Origin: Octopus vulgaris
Lineage: Eukaryota
Assembly: GCA_951406725.2 (NCBI GenBank)
Contig: OX597814.1
Location: 220,162,001 to 220,226,000, forward strand
DNA: 64,000 nucleotides
Reading direction: 5' to 3'
Within the stretch, counting starts at the first letter, position 1, and each line of letters starts with the position of its first letter. The translations under genes were made by a program, and so were the position numbers. Under the pieces are notes generated by a model, which had not been told where the DNA came from, did no database searches, and saw only the letters and a program-made list of their open reading frames with translations. This document shows, one piece after another, positions 1 through 12,462 of the stretch.

Positions 1-201
1 ACTGGGGAGCTGCCTTGAAGGGTTCAGTCAAACATTGATCACAGCACATTTTTTACTTTAAGCTTGGTACTTATTTTATCAGTCTTTTGCTAAACTGCTA
101 AGTTCAGTAAACCAGCTAAGACTGGATGTCAAGTGATGGTGGTGGTGGTAGGGACAAGCAAACAGAAAGGCACTCACACATAAGTACATAGATGTGTGTG
201 T

Positions 202-265
<64 letters not shown>

Positions 266-353
266 ATATACACAGTTATCTATAAAGACACATGCATAGA
301 TACATATATACATATATATATATATATATGCATATACACATACATACATATTC

Positions 354-1632
354 ATGGGAGATTTTACCAACAGTACTCAGGAGTGGCCATGGGAACGAGA
401 ATGTGCCCCAACTATGCAAACCTGTTGGTTGGCTATGTTGAGGCCTAAATATTCTCACAATTCATTGGTCCCACTCCCGAACTATATGGTCATTATATTG
501 ATGACTGAATTGGTGCAACCTCAACCTCCCACAGACAACTAGACTCCTTCCTCTCTTTTGTCCAATCCTTCCATCCTGTCCTAGATTTCTCCTGCACCAT
601 TTCCAACATTTCCATCGCATTTCTCAACATTTCGGTCAACATACACCACCCCGTTCTCACTACCTCCCTCCTCTACAAACACTGACTCACACTCCTACTT
701 TAACTTCTCTTCCTCCCACTCTACCCACACCAAGTTCTCCATCCCCTACTCCCAATTCCTCCAGCTGTGCAGGCTCTGCAGTGACAACCATGACTTTGGA
801 ACTCAGTCGCAACTCATGGCCCGCCACTTCATCCTTCGCATATATCTTCTCACCATTATCTATACAGCCCTTGCCTGAGCATGTTCTGTGGACTGTGCCT
901 CTGCTCTCTCTCCCTGCACCTGCCCATCTCCTGTTTCCCCTCACCTATCACCCTCCAATGCACCATTCTCCTTGCACATCTTCCCCAACCTACCCATTCT
1001 CTCTTTCAAATGTGCCCACAACTCTACTGGTCATTCACTACAACACCTGTCTGTGTTCAGATTGTCTTTGCACAGGGGCCATCCTGACTCCTGCCTATGC
1101 CGTAAACAGGAATTAATCTTCTCTCTTCACACATGGGCTCAACACATTGATACCCCATTCACTCATCCCCACCCCACTCCACACAAACTAGCACTGACCA
1201 CTTCCCAGCACCCCCACACTATCATCTGCACACCTACACACCATCATCTGCACACCCACTTACCATCATCCACACACCCATACATTACAGACAGACACAC
1301 TTGTGCACACATCCACACACATCAAACTCACTAGCCCCTATCCACACAAACACACACTTACACATTCTCATATACACACACACCTTCGTCTTGGGATCAC
1401 CAATACTTTATTATTTCCCCTTATTTCTATCTCTCCTGTCAAACCTCGCTTGACTGCTAAATCCATGTTATTTTGTTCTCTCTCTGCTTATTTTTTAAAA
1501 TTCCTTTCTGCTGAAGAGCATAGGCTCGAAACATAAAAGACTTTCTCACTTTCCCAAGCATCAACCTAATACACCTGCTTGTTGTTCATACACCTGTCTT
1601 CATCTTTTATTTTTCTGTAAGTTTCAACTATG
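354..1632 (+). mobile_element. Decayed Penelope-like retroelement (RT remnant, C-terminal remnant, 3' end with hammerhead-like motif)
   Basis: Translation gives [27 protein letters not shown] and YGHYIDD, which are PLE-type RT motifs, with stops and frameshifts. CRKQELIFSLHT resembles the PLE endonuclease C-terminus. CTGAAGAGCATAGGCTCGAAAC occurs at 1511-1532. The element is flanked by TA-rich microsatellite. Confidence 0.75.
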
Positions 1633-2185
1633 TATATATATCGTAAAATATATTTGCCAACTAAATGTGGTGGTCCCATAGAGAACAACGTCACTGTCAT
1701 TTTTAACCGCAGGAAAACATCTCCGGCTGTGTCTGATTAGTATTTGCGAAGGGAGGTCATTGTTCCCATCTCTAGCCTTACATGAAACACACAGACCCAG
1801 GTTTCTGGATCTGTAGTTACCCATTTTCAGTGTGATAATCACCAGCTAGAGATGGAAACTCATTCCACTTGCAAACTGTTGCTGGCCTTGAAATGTCTGA
1901 GTGAGAGGTAAACAGTCACTACTGTTTACCTCTTGCTCAGAGATTTAATATGGCTTATTTCTCCTTTCCCCTTGGTTTGGTATGCTGTGAAGCTGGCAAG
2001 AGTTATCTTGAAGTGGGGAAGATTTGCATTATTTATGTGGTGCTCCTCTGGGGATGGGGTGTGTGATATGTATAGTGGTGTCATATGCATAATTTTTCTG
2101 GGGCGTTACTTACATATATTCATACATACATACATACATACATATATATATATATAAATATATATGTATATATAAATATATATAT

Positions 2186-3038
2186 CATTATCATCGTTTA
2201 ACGTCTGCTTTCCATGCTAGCATGGGTTGGACGATTTGACTGAGGTCTGGCAAACCAGATGGCTGCACCAGGCTCCAATCTGGTCTAGCAGAGTTTCTAC
2301 AACTGGATGCCCTTCCTAATGCCAACCACTCCGAGAGTGTAGTGGATGCTCTTAAGTGCCACCAGTCAGGCAGTACTGGCAATGGCCACACTCAAATGGT
2401 TCTTTTTATGTGCCACTTGCACAGGAGACATTCCAGCGGCACTGGCAATAACCTCGCTTGAATGTTTTTTTCACGTGCCACCAGCACAAGTGCCAGGAAG
2501 GTGACACGGGTAAGGATCACACACGAATGGTGCTTTTTACATGCCACTGGCACAGAAGCCAGTTTGTTGCTCTGGCAACGATCACACTTGGATGGTTCTC
2601 TTAGCGCTTCACTAGCACGGATGCCAGTCATCGAATTTAATTTCGATTTTGATTTCACTTGCCTCAATCGGTCTTCGCAAGCAGAGTTTAGTGTCCAGTG
2701 AAGGAAAGGTACGCATAAGTGGGCTGGTTATACCCCTGGCATAGGCCACAAGGTTAAGGTCTCACTTGCCTTGCTGAATCTTCTCAAGCACAGCATATTT
2801 CCAAAGGACCCGGTCACCCGTCATTGCTTCGGTGAGGCCCAATGTTCGAAGGCCATGCTTCACCACCTCATCCCAGGTCTTCCTGGGTCTACCTCTTCCA
2901 CAGGTACCCTCAACCACTAGGATGTGGTACTTTTTCACACAGCTATCTACATCCATTCTCGCCACATGGCCATACCAGCGCAGCCGTCTCTCTTGCACAC
3001 CACATCTGATGCTTTTTCGGTCCAACTTTTCTTTCAAG
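2186..3038 (-). mobile_element. RTE-clade LINE 3' end (ORF C-terminus, 3'UTR, (GAT)n tail), 5'-truncated
   Basis: ORF 2762-3037 contains RRLRWYGHVARM...GRGRPRKTW, typical of the RTE C-terminus. The 3'UTR carries diverged GTGGCAC(G/A)TAAAA units and the same terminal ~190 bp as the many short copies. Confidence 0.85.
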
Positions 3039-3053
3039 GTATATATATATATA

Positions 3054-3243
3054 GTGCAGGTGGCACGTAAAAAGCACCCACTACAATCACGGAGTGGTTG
3101 GCGTTAGGAAGGGCATCCAGCTGTAGAAACATTGCCAGATAAGACTGGAGCCTGGTGCAGCCTTCTGGCTTCCCAGATCCCCGGTCGAACCGTCCAACCC
3201 ATGCTAGCATGGAGAACGGACGTTAAACGATGATGATGATGAT
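3054..3243 (+). mobile_element. RTE LINE 3'-terminal fragment (representative). Further copies at ~4909-5088, 7227-7410, 15461-15656, 16815-17080, 27795-28171, 28510-28690, 46245-46430, 54440-54670, 57310-57855, 58740-58912 on +; 51360-51630, 54001-54290, 59155-59445 on -
   Basis: Shared sequence GGCACGTAAAAAGCACCCACTACACTC..GGAGTGGTTGGCGTTAGGAAGGGCATCCAGCTGTAGAAAC...GGACGTTAAACGATGATGATG matches the 3' end of the RTE copy at 2186-3038. Confidence 0.8.
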
Positions 3244-3399
3244 ATACACACATGCATATGTATGTATCACAGTCTTCTTTCAGTCTGCTGAATCTATTCA
3301 CAAGGCTTTGTCAACTGGTGCTATAGCAGAAGATACTTGCTCAAGGTGTTGCACTTGATTCCAGTTTCATTCATTTTCAATTTCTTGTATACTGCTTCA

Positions 3400-4547
3400 T
3401 CTTTGCAATCTTTCAGCCTACACAAGCCTGACCTTCTTACTTCTAAAAATAGCGGTTCTGTGGCATTTTTACATACCATGCTATGTTATTTTCTTCTGCT
3501 CTAATGCTGTGCTCGCATCCAATCAGTCCTTTTCTTCTTTTTTCTTGGTACATACAGTCTGTCTGTGTCACATTTTGGGTGAAGTGACCCATTTCTAGTC
3601 AGCAACTTCCTTGTCTTTTTGTCTTAGCTGTTTAGTTTGTCTAGTGTCTATGCGATTATCCCTGCTCCATATATAAGGAGTGAAACCACCCAGATTTTGA
3701 TAGCTTCAATCTTATTCCGTCTGTTTAATTTTAACTTAAGGATCAGTCTCAGTCTGTGCAAGTACTCCACTTTAAATTTTTCTGTCATTTCTTTCTCCAT
3801 CAATTTATTCATTTCCAAAATCCCCAAGTACTTATAGCCTGTCTCTTCTATCTGCTTCTTAAACTCCTCCGATGGTATCGTTAGCCTGTCCATACATTTG
3901 ATTTTGCCTCTATTCAAGACTAACACACCACACTTTCTCAGTCTGAACTCCATTCTGATATCAGCATTGTAGGTTTACAAAGTATCAATGAGGAAACTGA
4001 CTTGGGCTTCATCTTTACCATAAAGTTTGAGGTCGTCCATGAATAACAAATGGTTGACTTTTCGTTGGCGGCTCTTGAATACATACCCAGCTTTGCTTTC
4101 CTCAAATCAGTGTGAGTGGTATCAAGCACAGTACAAAGATCAGTGGAGACAGGCAGTCCCCTTGGAAGATGCCCCTCCTAATTTCTACTGTCCCTAAACT
4201 CCTTCCGTATGTTGTCAGATCGGTCCTCCAATTCGCCATATTTTTTCCAAGTAATCACTTAACATTCGATGCAATACCAAATAGGTTCATACACTCCATA
4301 ATCCAAGAATGTGGGATCATATCGTACGCCTTACAATAGTCGATCCATGACATGGCTAAGTTTCTTTTCCTCCTCTTGCAGTGTGTAAGTACAGTTTTGT
4401 CTATCAGGAGTTGATCCTTGGTACCTCTGCACTTACACTTGCAACCCTTCTGCTCATGTGGCAGGACTCCCATTTTTTTCCCAGTTGTTCATACATTGAC
4501 TCTGCAAGTATTCCAGTCAATAACTTCCATATAAGTGGCAAACAGGA
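3400..4547 (-). mobile_element. Decayed R4/Dong-like non-LTR retrotransposon RT fragment
   Basis: Frameshifted RT motifs: [64 protein letters not shown]. Confidence 0.75.
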
Positions 4548-4595
4548 TTATTATCATTATTACTATTACTGTCAATATTATTATTATTATTATTA

Positions 4596-4645
<50 letters not shown>

Positions 4646-4733
4646 TTCATTATTATCATTATTATTGTTATTGTTGTTGTTATCGTTATTATCATTATTA
4701 CTATTACTGTCAATATTATTATTATTATTATTA

Positions 4734-4780
<47 letters not shown>

Positions 4781-4848
4781 TTCATTATTATCATTATTAT
4801 TGTTATTGTTGTTGTTATCGTTATTATCATTATTACTATTACTGTCAA

Positions 4849-4888
<40 letters not shown>

Positions 4889-4908
4889 ATTATTATTATA
4901 ATTATTAT
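4548..4908. repeat. Compound (TAT)n microsatellite with a ~135-140 bp higher-order repeat
   Basis: Interruptions such as ACTGTCAAT and TTTTCATT recur in the same order 2-3 times. The poly-Y/I/L ORFs here are artefacts. Confidence 0.9.
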
Positions 4909-5352
4909 TGGCACGTAAAAAGCACCTACTACAATCTCGGAGTGGTTGGCGTTAGGAAGGGCATCCAGCTGTAGAAACTCTGCTAAATCAAGACTGGAGC
5001 CTGGTGCAGCCATCTGGTTCACCAGCCCTCAGTCAAAATCGTACAACCCATGCTAGCATGGAAAGTGGATGTTAAACGATGATGATGATTATTATTATTC
5101 CCAATGCAGAAGTGGAATGAAAGAACAAGCCGCTGTTTTCACTTTGCTTTTACAAACTCTTTCAAAATGGTTTTAAAGGAAAGTTATTATTTCTTTCTCA
5201 ATTTGAACTTCATATACAACTAATTGCTGAATTAACATGCTTGCTTTGTAATAGTAAAAATACAAAATCTCATTCCGGTGCTGCTATATTTAAATGAATC
5301 ACTGGAAAACACTTTTTCTGGAAATGAAACACTATATTTTATCACACTGTCT

Positions 5353-5582
5353 TTAACCCTTTCATTACTGTATTTATTTTGAGATGCTCTGTGTTTCTTT
5401 CAATTAATTTTAAATATAACAAAGAATTTAGTAAAATAACTTACTTATCATTAAGCTAGTGTTAGGAACATAGATTGAGATTAAGGTTTGATGGAAGATT
5501 TTAATTCAAAACTTACGAAAACAAGACAATTTGTACTCAGAGCCAGAGCTGGTTTCAGCCAGGCTGGTAACGAATGGGTTAA
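5353..5582 (+). mobile_element. piggyBac-type MITE. Other copies ~28419-28834, 44272-44490 (opposite orientation), 52426-53013
   Basis: Termini TTAA-CCCTTTC...ATGGG-TTAA, ~230 bp, non-coding, multiple near-identical copies in the window. Confidence 0.75.
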
Positions 5583-5647
5583 TGGGTATATTGTAGAAAG
5601 CCACAACATGGTGGTATTTATCTTGAGAAAGCTTCTTGTATAGTCGT

Positions 5648-5760
5648 ATAGATATATAGTGCTATAAAGCACTATATAAAGATATATATAGATATATAGT
5701 GCTATAAAGCACTATATAAAGATATATATAGATGTATAGTGCTATAAAGCACTATAAAGC
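5648..5760. repeat. 40-bp tandem repeat (~3 copies), each with hairpin TATATAGTGCT-ATAA-AGCACTATATA
   Basis: GCTATAAAGC occurs at 5661, 5701 and 5741. Confidence 0.9.
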
Positions 5761-6058
5761 AGAGACAAAATGTCTAGCAGCGGCCTGGTTAAATCTGGGT
5801 TTCTGTGTTTTTGCATGTCATTGTTAGCAAGTATCCACTATCAATTACATGCTCGGACAAATTTTGTTTCTACTGATACAGTAAAACAGTGATTAACAAA
5901 TGAGTGTAGTCACAAATAGCAGGTGTAACTAAATCCTAAGTCATAACATCAACAACATTCATCTTGAGCTAGCTAAAGTGCACTGTCCTTGATTTTTGAA
6001 TAGACAAGCAGCACCAATGGAAACAAGAACAACAATGAATAAAAAAAGAAAAAATCCG

Positions 6059-6465
6059 CAGGAGTGGCTGTGTGGTAGGTAGCTTGTTTACCAACCTCAT
6101 GGTTCTGGGTTCAGTCCCACTGCGTGGCACCTTGGGCAAGTGTCTTCTACTATAGCCTCGGGCTGACCAAAGCCTTGTGAGTGGATTTGGTAGACGGAAA
6201 CTGAAAGAAGCCCGTCGTATATATGTATATATATATATGCGTGTGTGTGTGTTTGTGTGTCTGTGTTTGTCCTCCTTGCATTGCTTGACAACCGATGCTG
6301 GTGAGTTAATGTCCCCGTTACTTAGCGGTTTGGCAAAAGAAACCGATAGAATAAGTACTGGGCTTACAAAAGAATAAGTCCCGGGGTCGATTTGCTCGAC
6401 TAAAGAAGGCGGTGCTCCAGCATGGCCGCAGTCAAATGACTGAAACAAGTAAAAGAAAAAAAGAA
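6059..6465 (+). mobile_element. tRNA-derived SINE family 1 (CORE-like, ~400 bp, internal (TA)n/(TG)n). Further copies ~12928-13325, 15890-16330, 39488-39905, 47290-47690, 52602-52958, 55012-55425 (+); 22145-22548, 31121-32105, 37068-37472, 38187-38602, 46843-47249, 47705-48945, 53531-53948 (-)
   Basis: A-box-like TGGCTGTGTGG, B-box-like GGTTCAGTCCC, CORE-like ACCTTGGGCAAGTGTC and a (GTAAAAGA)n tail. More than 15 full or partial copies. Confidence 0.88.
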
Positions 6466-6477
6466 AGAAAAACCTAC

Positions 6478-6676
6478 TTTGTAATGGTGTATGTTGTCAC
6501 AGTAGGTGGCACAACACTTTTCACTGTGTCCCAACCTTGCTGGTATTTTTTCTGATATTGGATAGTGAAGTTCCGCAATGGTCCATAGCCATCGTTACCA
6601 TGATGCCAGCTGACGGTGATAGATCGTGACCAAACTCGGGAACTTTCAACTGGCTTTGACGGGCTTTCAGGAGGAT
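6478..6676 (-). CDS. sdk: Sidekick-like FN3 exon 10 of window (phase 1-2), approx. FN3 #9 N-part
   Basis: AG at 6677-6678, GT at 6476-6477. Encodes (Y)PPESPSKPVESSRVWSRSITVSWHHGNDGYGPLRNFTIQYQKKYQQGWDTVKSVVPPTVTTYTIT, in frame with the upstream exon. Not in the ORF track. Confidence 0.85.
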
Positions 6677-6778
6677 CTAAAACAAGAATACCATTATAGG
6701 AGAATAAATGTCCATGATTTTAACAATAAAAAGGAAAAAAAAAAGACGGAATAGTATTAGTAGTTTTGAGAAATGACA

Positions 6779-7081
6779 TCTTTATATATAAAAGTGAAGT
6801 TGTGTGAGTGTCTGTCTCCTACGATTTAGATTCCTAACTACTCCCACATTTTGCGGTGCAGTTTAACCAAAACCGGGTATCTTATAGTCGTGATTCATAT
6901 CGAGCCCTTCTGGGTATTAGCGCGTGCCTACGATGAGTCTATGATTTTAAAAAAATTTACCATCATTTTTTCCCATTTTTAATGCATTTTTTTTCGCTAT
7001 TATATAAGGGAAGTAACTCTCTAAAATGCTTATATAGTTATTTCCCTTACAAACCCGAGCAACGCCGGGCGATACTGCTAG
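6779..7081 (+). mobile_element. Non-autonomous Helitron
   Basis: A|TC 5' end, subterminal hairpin CCCG-AGCAACGC-CGGG, CTAG|T 3' end, no TSD. A near-identical copy lies on the minus strand at 52035-52340. Confidence 0.85.
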
Positions 7082-7379
7082 TTAGATATAAGATGGAAGT
7101 AATTGAATAGCAACATTAATAAAAATGTTATATTTCCATGAAAAGTGAATTCCTTTTGAATCATAATAACCAACAGGAATAGCATTTATCTCCCTCTGTG
7201 TGTGTGTTTAGCAACATCAAGCAGATAGCACCCACTACACTCACGGAGTGGTTGATGTTAGGTAGGGCATCCAGCTGTAGAAACACTGCCAGATCTGACT
7301 GGCCTGGTGCAGCCTTCTGGCTTCCCAGACCCCAGTTGAACCGTCCAACCCGTGCTAGCATGGAAAGCGGACGTTAAAC

Positions 7380-7411
<32 letters not shown>

Positions 7412-7699
7412 CAGCATCTGTGCAACATGGGAACAACCTCTTTGTTTTCCATACCAGCTTTGCACTGCTAACTCTGAATTATATCTGCTCACAACTCTGG
7501 ACACATCACAAACAGCCTATTCCATTTATGTCAACTTTGCTCCACGAACTTCTGAATGCCATCAGCCCACAAATCTGCCATATTATGAACAGCATATTTT
7601 TTTTTTTACACCAGCTCAGTTTCTGTTAGCTTATAACAACTTCTAACTGAATCCATATTTCAAACACAAGATGTCTTGCAAACAACTTGCACATGCAAG

Positions 7700-8290
7700 T
7701 GCTACCAGTTAAAAGCTCCGTATACCGGAAGCTAGCAAGTGTATGGGGTCATCAGGAGAGAATGCGCGCCGTTTCGGGGCCTACCTCTCGACAGCATCAA
7801 TGAGCACTGGCCCCCCCACCTCACTGATATGAGGCCCCGCTTGCTAGATCAGCTGGTTATGAAGAACTCAATATACTTCTAGCCATCGCTCATCGTCTCT
7901 TTTTAACCAAATCCAGTGACTAGCCTTCTCCACTGTAGATTGGATATCAGTCATTGTGGTATTGACTTTACGATGAGTTAGGCCTAGCGATAACAACAGC
8001 ATTTTCCAGCATACTTGTCAGTGTAGCACAATATTGTAAACATGTTGAGTAAACATCTAAACACCATTGCTATCTTTCCAAATCCTGCTGCATTTCCCAG
8101 AGAAGCTTTGGTCCTCCAAACTCATCTTGTATGACTTTCCCTACCTGAAGCTTTCTCTGACTCATCAACATATACTGGCTCTGCTCATATGACTCGTCAG
8201 CTCTCGTTATCTTTTAACAGATTAAAATATTTTGTACTAAAAATGCCTTCTGATATTCCATATTTCACTACAGTGGGTAACTTTTACCAA
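7700..8290 (-). mobile_element. Possible decayed restriction-like-endonuclease non-LTR (Hero-like) 3' remnant
   Basis: Minus strand reads ...VEKASHWIWLKR, similar to Hero C-termini, followed by a GC-richer 3' tract. Heavily degraded. Confidence 0.35.
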
Positions 8291-8308
8291 CATTCTCCCT
8301 CTGTAAGT

Positions 8309-8620
<312 letters not shown>

Positions 8621-8668
8621 TATTAAAGCATCTTAAAAAAATAATTGGTAAGAAATTAAATCACTCAC

Positions 8669-8965
8669 ATCTTTTAGCAGTAGTGAACACTATAACTTCA
8701 CTTGCATTTCCCCAGCCAAGGGCAGTCTTAGCAGCAACACTGAAAGTATAATACTTCTCTTTCTTGAGGTTGTATGCTGTGAAGCTATTTACATTAGCAT
8801 TTACAATTGTATAATTTGGTTTTTGATAACTAAAGTTAGCTCTTAGTCCGTAAGTCACTCTGTATTTCAGAATGATGCCATTTGGTTTCTTTGGAGGTGC
8901 CCATACCACTTTTGCCATTTCATATGTTACATTAGGAAAGTATATTATAATAGGTGGATCAGGAA
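8669..8965 (-). CDS. sdk: Sidekick-like FN3 exon 9 (phase 1-1, 297 nt, one FN3 domain, approx. #8)
   Basis: AG at 8966-8967, GTGAGT donor. Encodes VPDPPIIIYFPNVTYEMAKVVWAPPKKPNGIILKYRVTY...YYTFSVAAKTALGWG...TTAKR. Confidence 0.92.
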
Positions 8966-9091
8966 CTGAAAAATAAATGAAACAGACATTACTGATACAA
9001 TATCAATGTGTTCACAGGCTATCACGCTATTTAGGGCTGTTCATTATTTCGTATTTCATATATACATGAATGAAAGTATGTATGTGTGTGT

Positions 9092-9123
<32 letters not shown>

Positions 9124-9483
9124 TTAATATTTTGGACTAATGGGTATATGTCGATTAGTGTGTTGAAGTGTTGAGTAGAGCGCTGGCACAGTTTGGGGTA
9201 CTTGGTGTCTCTCCCTTCTCACTCCCTCATTGGCATTATGTGCAGACATCTGCTAATAAATAGATATAGATGTGACGTTGCTGCGGTGGTGGTATAAAAT
9301 GTTGTTTACAATAGTTGACTTATAGAAATAATTATAATGTTAAATTTTTGTAATGCAAATATGTAAATGAAAATAAAGTTTATTTGTTAGCCGAAAGTTT
9401 ACTGAATCTTTAGACACCCCATACATCAAAATCAGCAAATGAGTTTTTGAATGCATAAAGAACATATGCACACACAAACTCTG

Positions 9484-9519
<36 letters not shown>

Positions 9520-9560
9520 ACACATACACACACACACATATATATATATATACACACACA

Positions 9561-9717
9561 CAAGGTGTCCCAGAAGTCACACACCATTCTGGTTTTCATT
9601 AAAAATAATTGACACAATATATTTTATTTTTTCAATTTCTTTTCTATCTTTCAGACTGAATTTATGGTTCATAAACAGTTATTAAAAATTGAAATCAGTA
9701 ACTTTGGGGACATCCTG
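9561..9717. mobile_element. Tc1/mariner-type MITE
   Basis: Imperfect TIRs CAAGGTGTCCCAGAAGTCAC / GTAACTTTGGGGACATCCTG followed by TA, inside a TA/CA microsatellite. Confidence 0.6.
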
Positions 9718-9721
9718 TATG

Positions 9722-9779
<58 letters not shown>

Positions 9780-10888
9780 AGGTAAATTTAAATTTTGTAC
9801 CTGTAACAGTGTGAACTTGCTAGCCACCTTATTATTACCTTATTAATAGTATTAATAATGGCAATAATACTTATATATTTATATATATATATATAAATTT
9901 TTTTCAGAATGAGATAAAAAACCAAGGCTGTGAAGATTTTAGAACATTTGTAAATAGGTCTTACTCTAATTACCCAACGAAACTAACCAATCTACCACAA
10001 GCAAACCTCTACCCAATGAATTTACCAGTGTAAGAACAAAATTTCAATGTAAAAATTACCAATTGGTTTACATTACCATCACATATGTATCAATCATTTT
10101 TGCATCCTAACTGATGCATCTATCTATACTCACATTCTGAAGAGATTTACTTACGACAGTAAATCGAAATGATCGTAAATGCCACCCTCATCTCTGCTTC
10201 TTACTTCTTTGTTACCTTTTTAATTAAAGATATGACTTAGAAATCCTCTGAGAAACTGGAAAATCAAGAAATCCAGGACAGTTCTGGTCCTAAATTAGAT
10301 AAATTGGTCTGGTACAGTATTGAGGTGTGATACATAACAAAGGGAGGGAAATGCAGAGTTTTAAAGAGTCATTTCCCTTGCTATGGTTTAATATCTTTAG
10401 ATTAAACTCCTGGATTAAGTGAGTTACGTCCCTTGTATTAAAGACTTGTTACCTGAAACATAAGGGGTGGGTTTATTGATTTTTTTAAATGGCTTTCAGG
10501 GGCAATTGGGAAATGAAAAGATCTTCACAACCACCCTTGGACGGTTTTGAATGACCATAGAAAGTGCGAGCCCTCTAACTGAAAAATTGTGGATTTGTAT
10601 AAAGGACACACACACACATACATAGCCAAACATTTTGCCGTTTATATATATAGAGATTATGTATATATATTATGTATATATATATATATTATATATTGAT
10701 AGAAATGGCAAGACAACAAAAGAATGAAAGAGACCTCGATATTATGTAAATAGAGGGATTTATCTGTAAATATAATAGTCACATAAATGAAGATCTTGTC
10801 TCTTGCATTCAAGAAAAGAAACAAGTCTTTCCACTTTTTATTTCATTGCACCCCAACATGCATCTGTGTTGTTTTTTAGGCCACTTAC

Positions 10889-11075
10889 CATCCTCTTTAG
10901 TTCTGATAAATAGTGTTGGTTCACTGAGCACACCATCACCCATTTTAGTGAAGGCAAGCACATTTATCTTATAGCTGACATACTTCAACAGGTTACGCAA
11001 TTCATATTGCCTTGTTTCGTTATTCACAGTTTGGAATTTTGGCACCATTCCTTCATCCACAGCTTGATATTTGAT
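10889..11075 (-). CDS. sdk: Sidekick-like FN3 exon 8 (phase 0-1)
   Basis: AG at 11076-11077, GTAAGT donor. Encodes IKYQAVDEGMVPKFQTVNNETRQYELRNLLKYVSYKINVLAFTKMGDGVLSEPTLFIRTKED. Confidence 0.92.
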
Positions 11076-11177
11076 CTAAATTAGAAGAACAGAGAAGATG
11101 ACATTCAACATATATATATCTTTTAAAGTTACAATGTTTTACGGCAATGTTCAAGTGTTTGGAAATATTACAATATA

Positions 11178-12462
11178 AGAGGAAGTATCCAAAAGAAACC
11201 TGAATTTTGCAATATAATTTCATTCAGTTTTACATGTTTACACTTTTATCACCTTCAAAAGTATTCTCTATTTGAAGCAATGCATTGGTCAAGATGCATT
11301 TTCTAGAGTTCAAAATAGTCCTGTGAAGTGATGCCTTTTAATGCCTCTGTCATTTATTTCTTAACCTCTTCCACATCTGCAAAAAATTTTCCTTTAAGGA
11401 TGGTTTTCATTCACAGGAACAGAAAAAAAGTCACAGGAAGCAAGATTGGGTGAATAGGGAGGGCAGGTGATGCGGTCAGGCCATTTTTCGCAAAAACTGT
11501 CTCACACAGAAAGTGGTGTGTGCAGGTGCATTGTCATGATGAAACCACCACTTTCCACCTTGCTACAGGTCAAGGCATTTTTGTCCCACCGCATCTTGCA
11601 AATGCTTCAAAATTGTCAAGTAAAATGTCTGGCTAGCAGTTTGACCAGAGGAACAAATTCTGTGTGGACAATTCCTTTCGCATCTATGAAACAAATCAGC
11701 ATCGTCTTGACATTGGACTTCACTTGATGCTTTTTTTTTGCGGGGGGTGTGATGACATTGAATGCTTCCATTGACTTGATTGCTGCTTCATTTCCGGGTT
11801 GTAGCCATAGCATCAGCTTTTGTCAACAGCAACAACCTTCAGAAAAGGTCTGGATCAACTTCCAACTGTTCATTCAGTTCACAACGCACATTCAGTCATA
11901 ATTGCTTTTGATGCAACTCTTCATTCACAATTCCTCACCCAAAACTCGCTTGTTGCAACCTCCCGGATATACCAGTCATATCAAAAAGTTTGTCAATTGT
12001 TCAATGACGGTCATCCAAGATCAGTTCATGAATTTATGTGATGTTTTTTATTTGTTTGGGAGGTCAACAGTTGTCCGGAGTGAGTTTGGTATTCAAGCAA
12101 CAATTGACCATTCCTAAAACATGAAAACCACTTGTAAGCTTGTGTTTTGCTCACGGCAGTGTCCTTGTAAGCTGTTTGAAGCATAACAGCTGTTTCAGCC
12201 ACTGTTTTCCCCAGCAGAAAACAGAATTTCATGGAAGCACGCTGTTCCTTCAATTCAGCCATCACAAAAATCGATGAACAAGGAAGAAGCACTACAAAAC
12301 AAAGACACACCCACCACATGGCAGTAAGATCACACTTGATGTTGCTGGCAGGCAGACTGTGTGTCTAAGTGTTGCATCAAGTGGCTTTTAGTGACAGAAG
12401 CCTGAACTACAATGTGCTTGTCCAAAAGAGAATGTTTCTGGTTACTTTTGGGTACCCCCTTG
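11178..12462 (-). mobile_element. Full-length but decayed mariner DNA transposon (transposase pseudogene)
   Basis: About 1.29 kb, with imperfect TIRs (AGAGGAAGTATCCAAAAGAAACC vs reverse complement CAAGGGGGTACCCAAAAGTAACC) flanked by TA. Transposase pieces MAELKEQRASMKFCFLLGKTVAET...AYKWF and KTMLICFIDAKGIVHTEFVP carry frameshifts. Confidence 0.85.

Noticed and set aside
5969-6448. Recurrent short ORFs such as [14 protein letters not shown]... and RRASFSFRLPNPLTRLW...
   Set aside because: They are antisense translations of family-1 SINE copies, not genes.
7745-7785. GAAAC...CTGATGA on the minus strand as a permuted hammerhead
   Set aside because: The flanks (CCCC/CCCC) cannot form stem II and there is no convincing stem III or GUH site.
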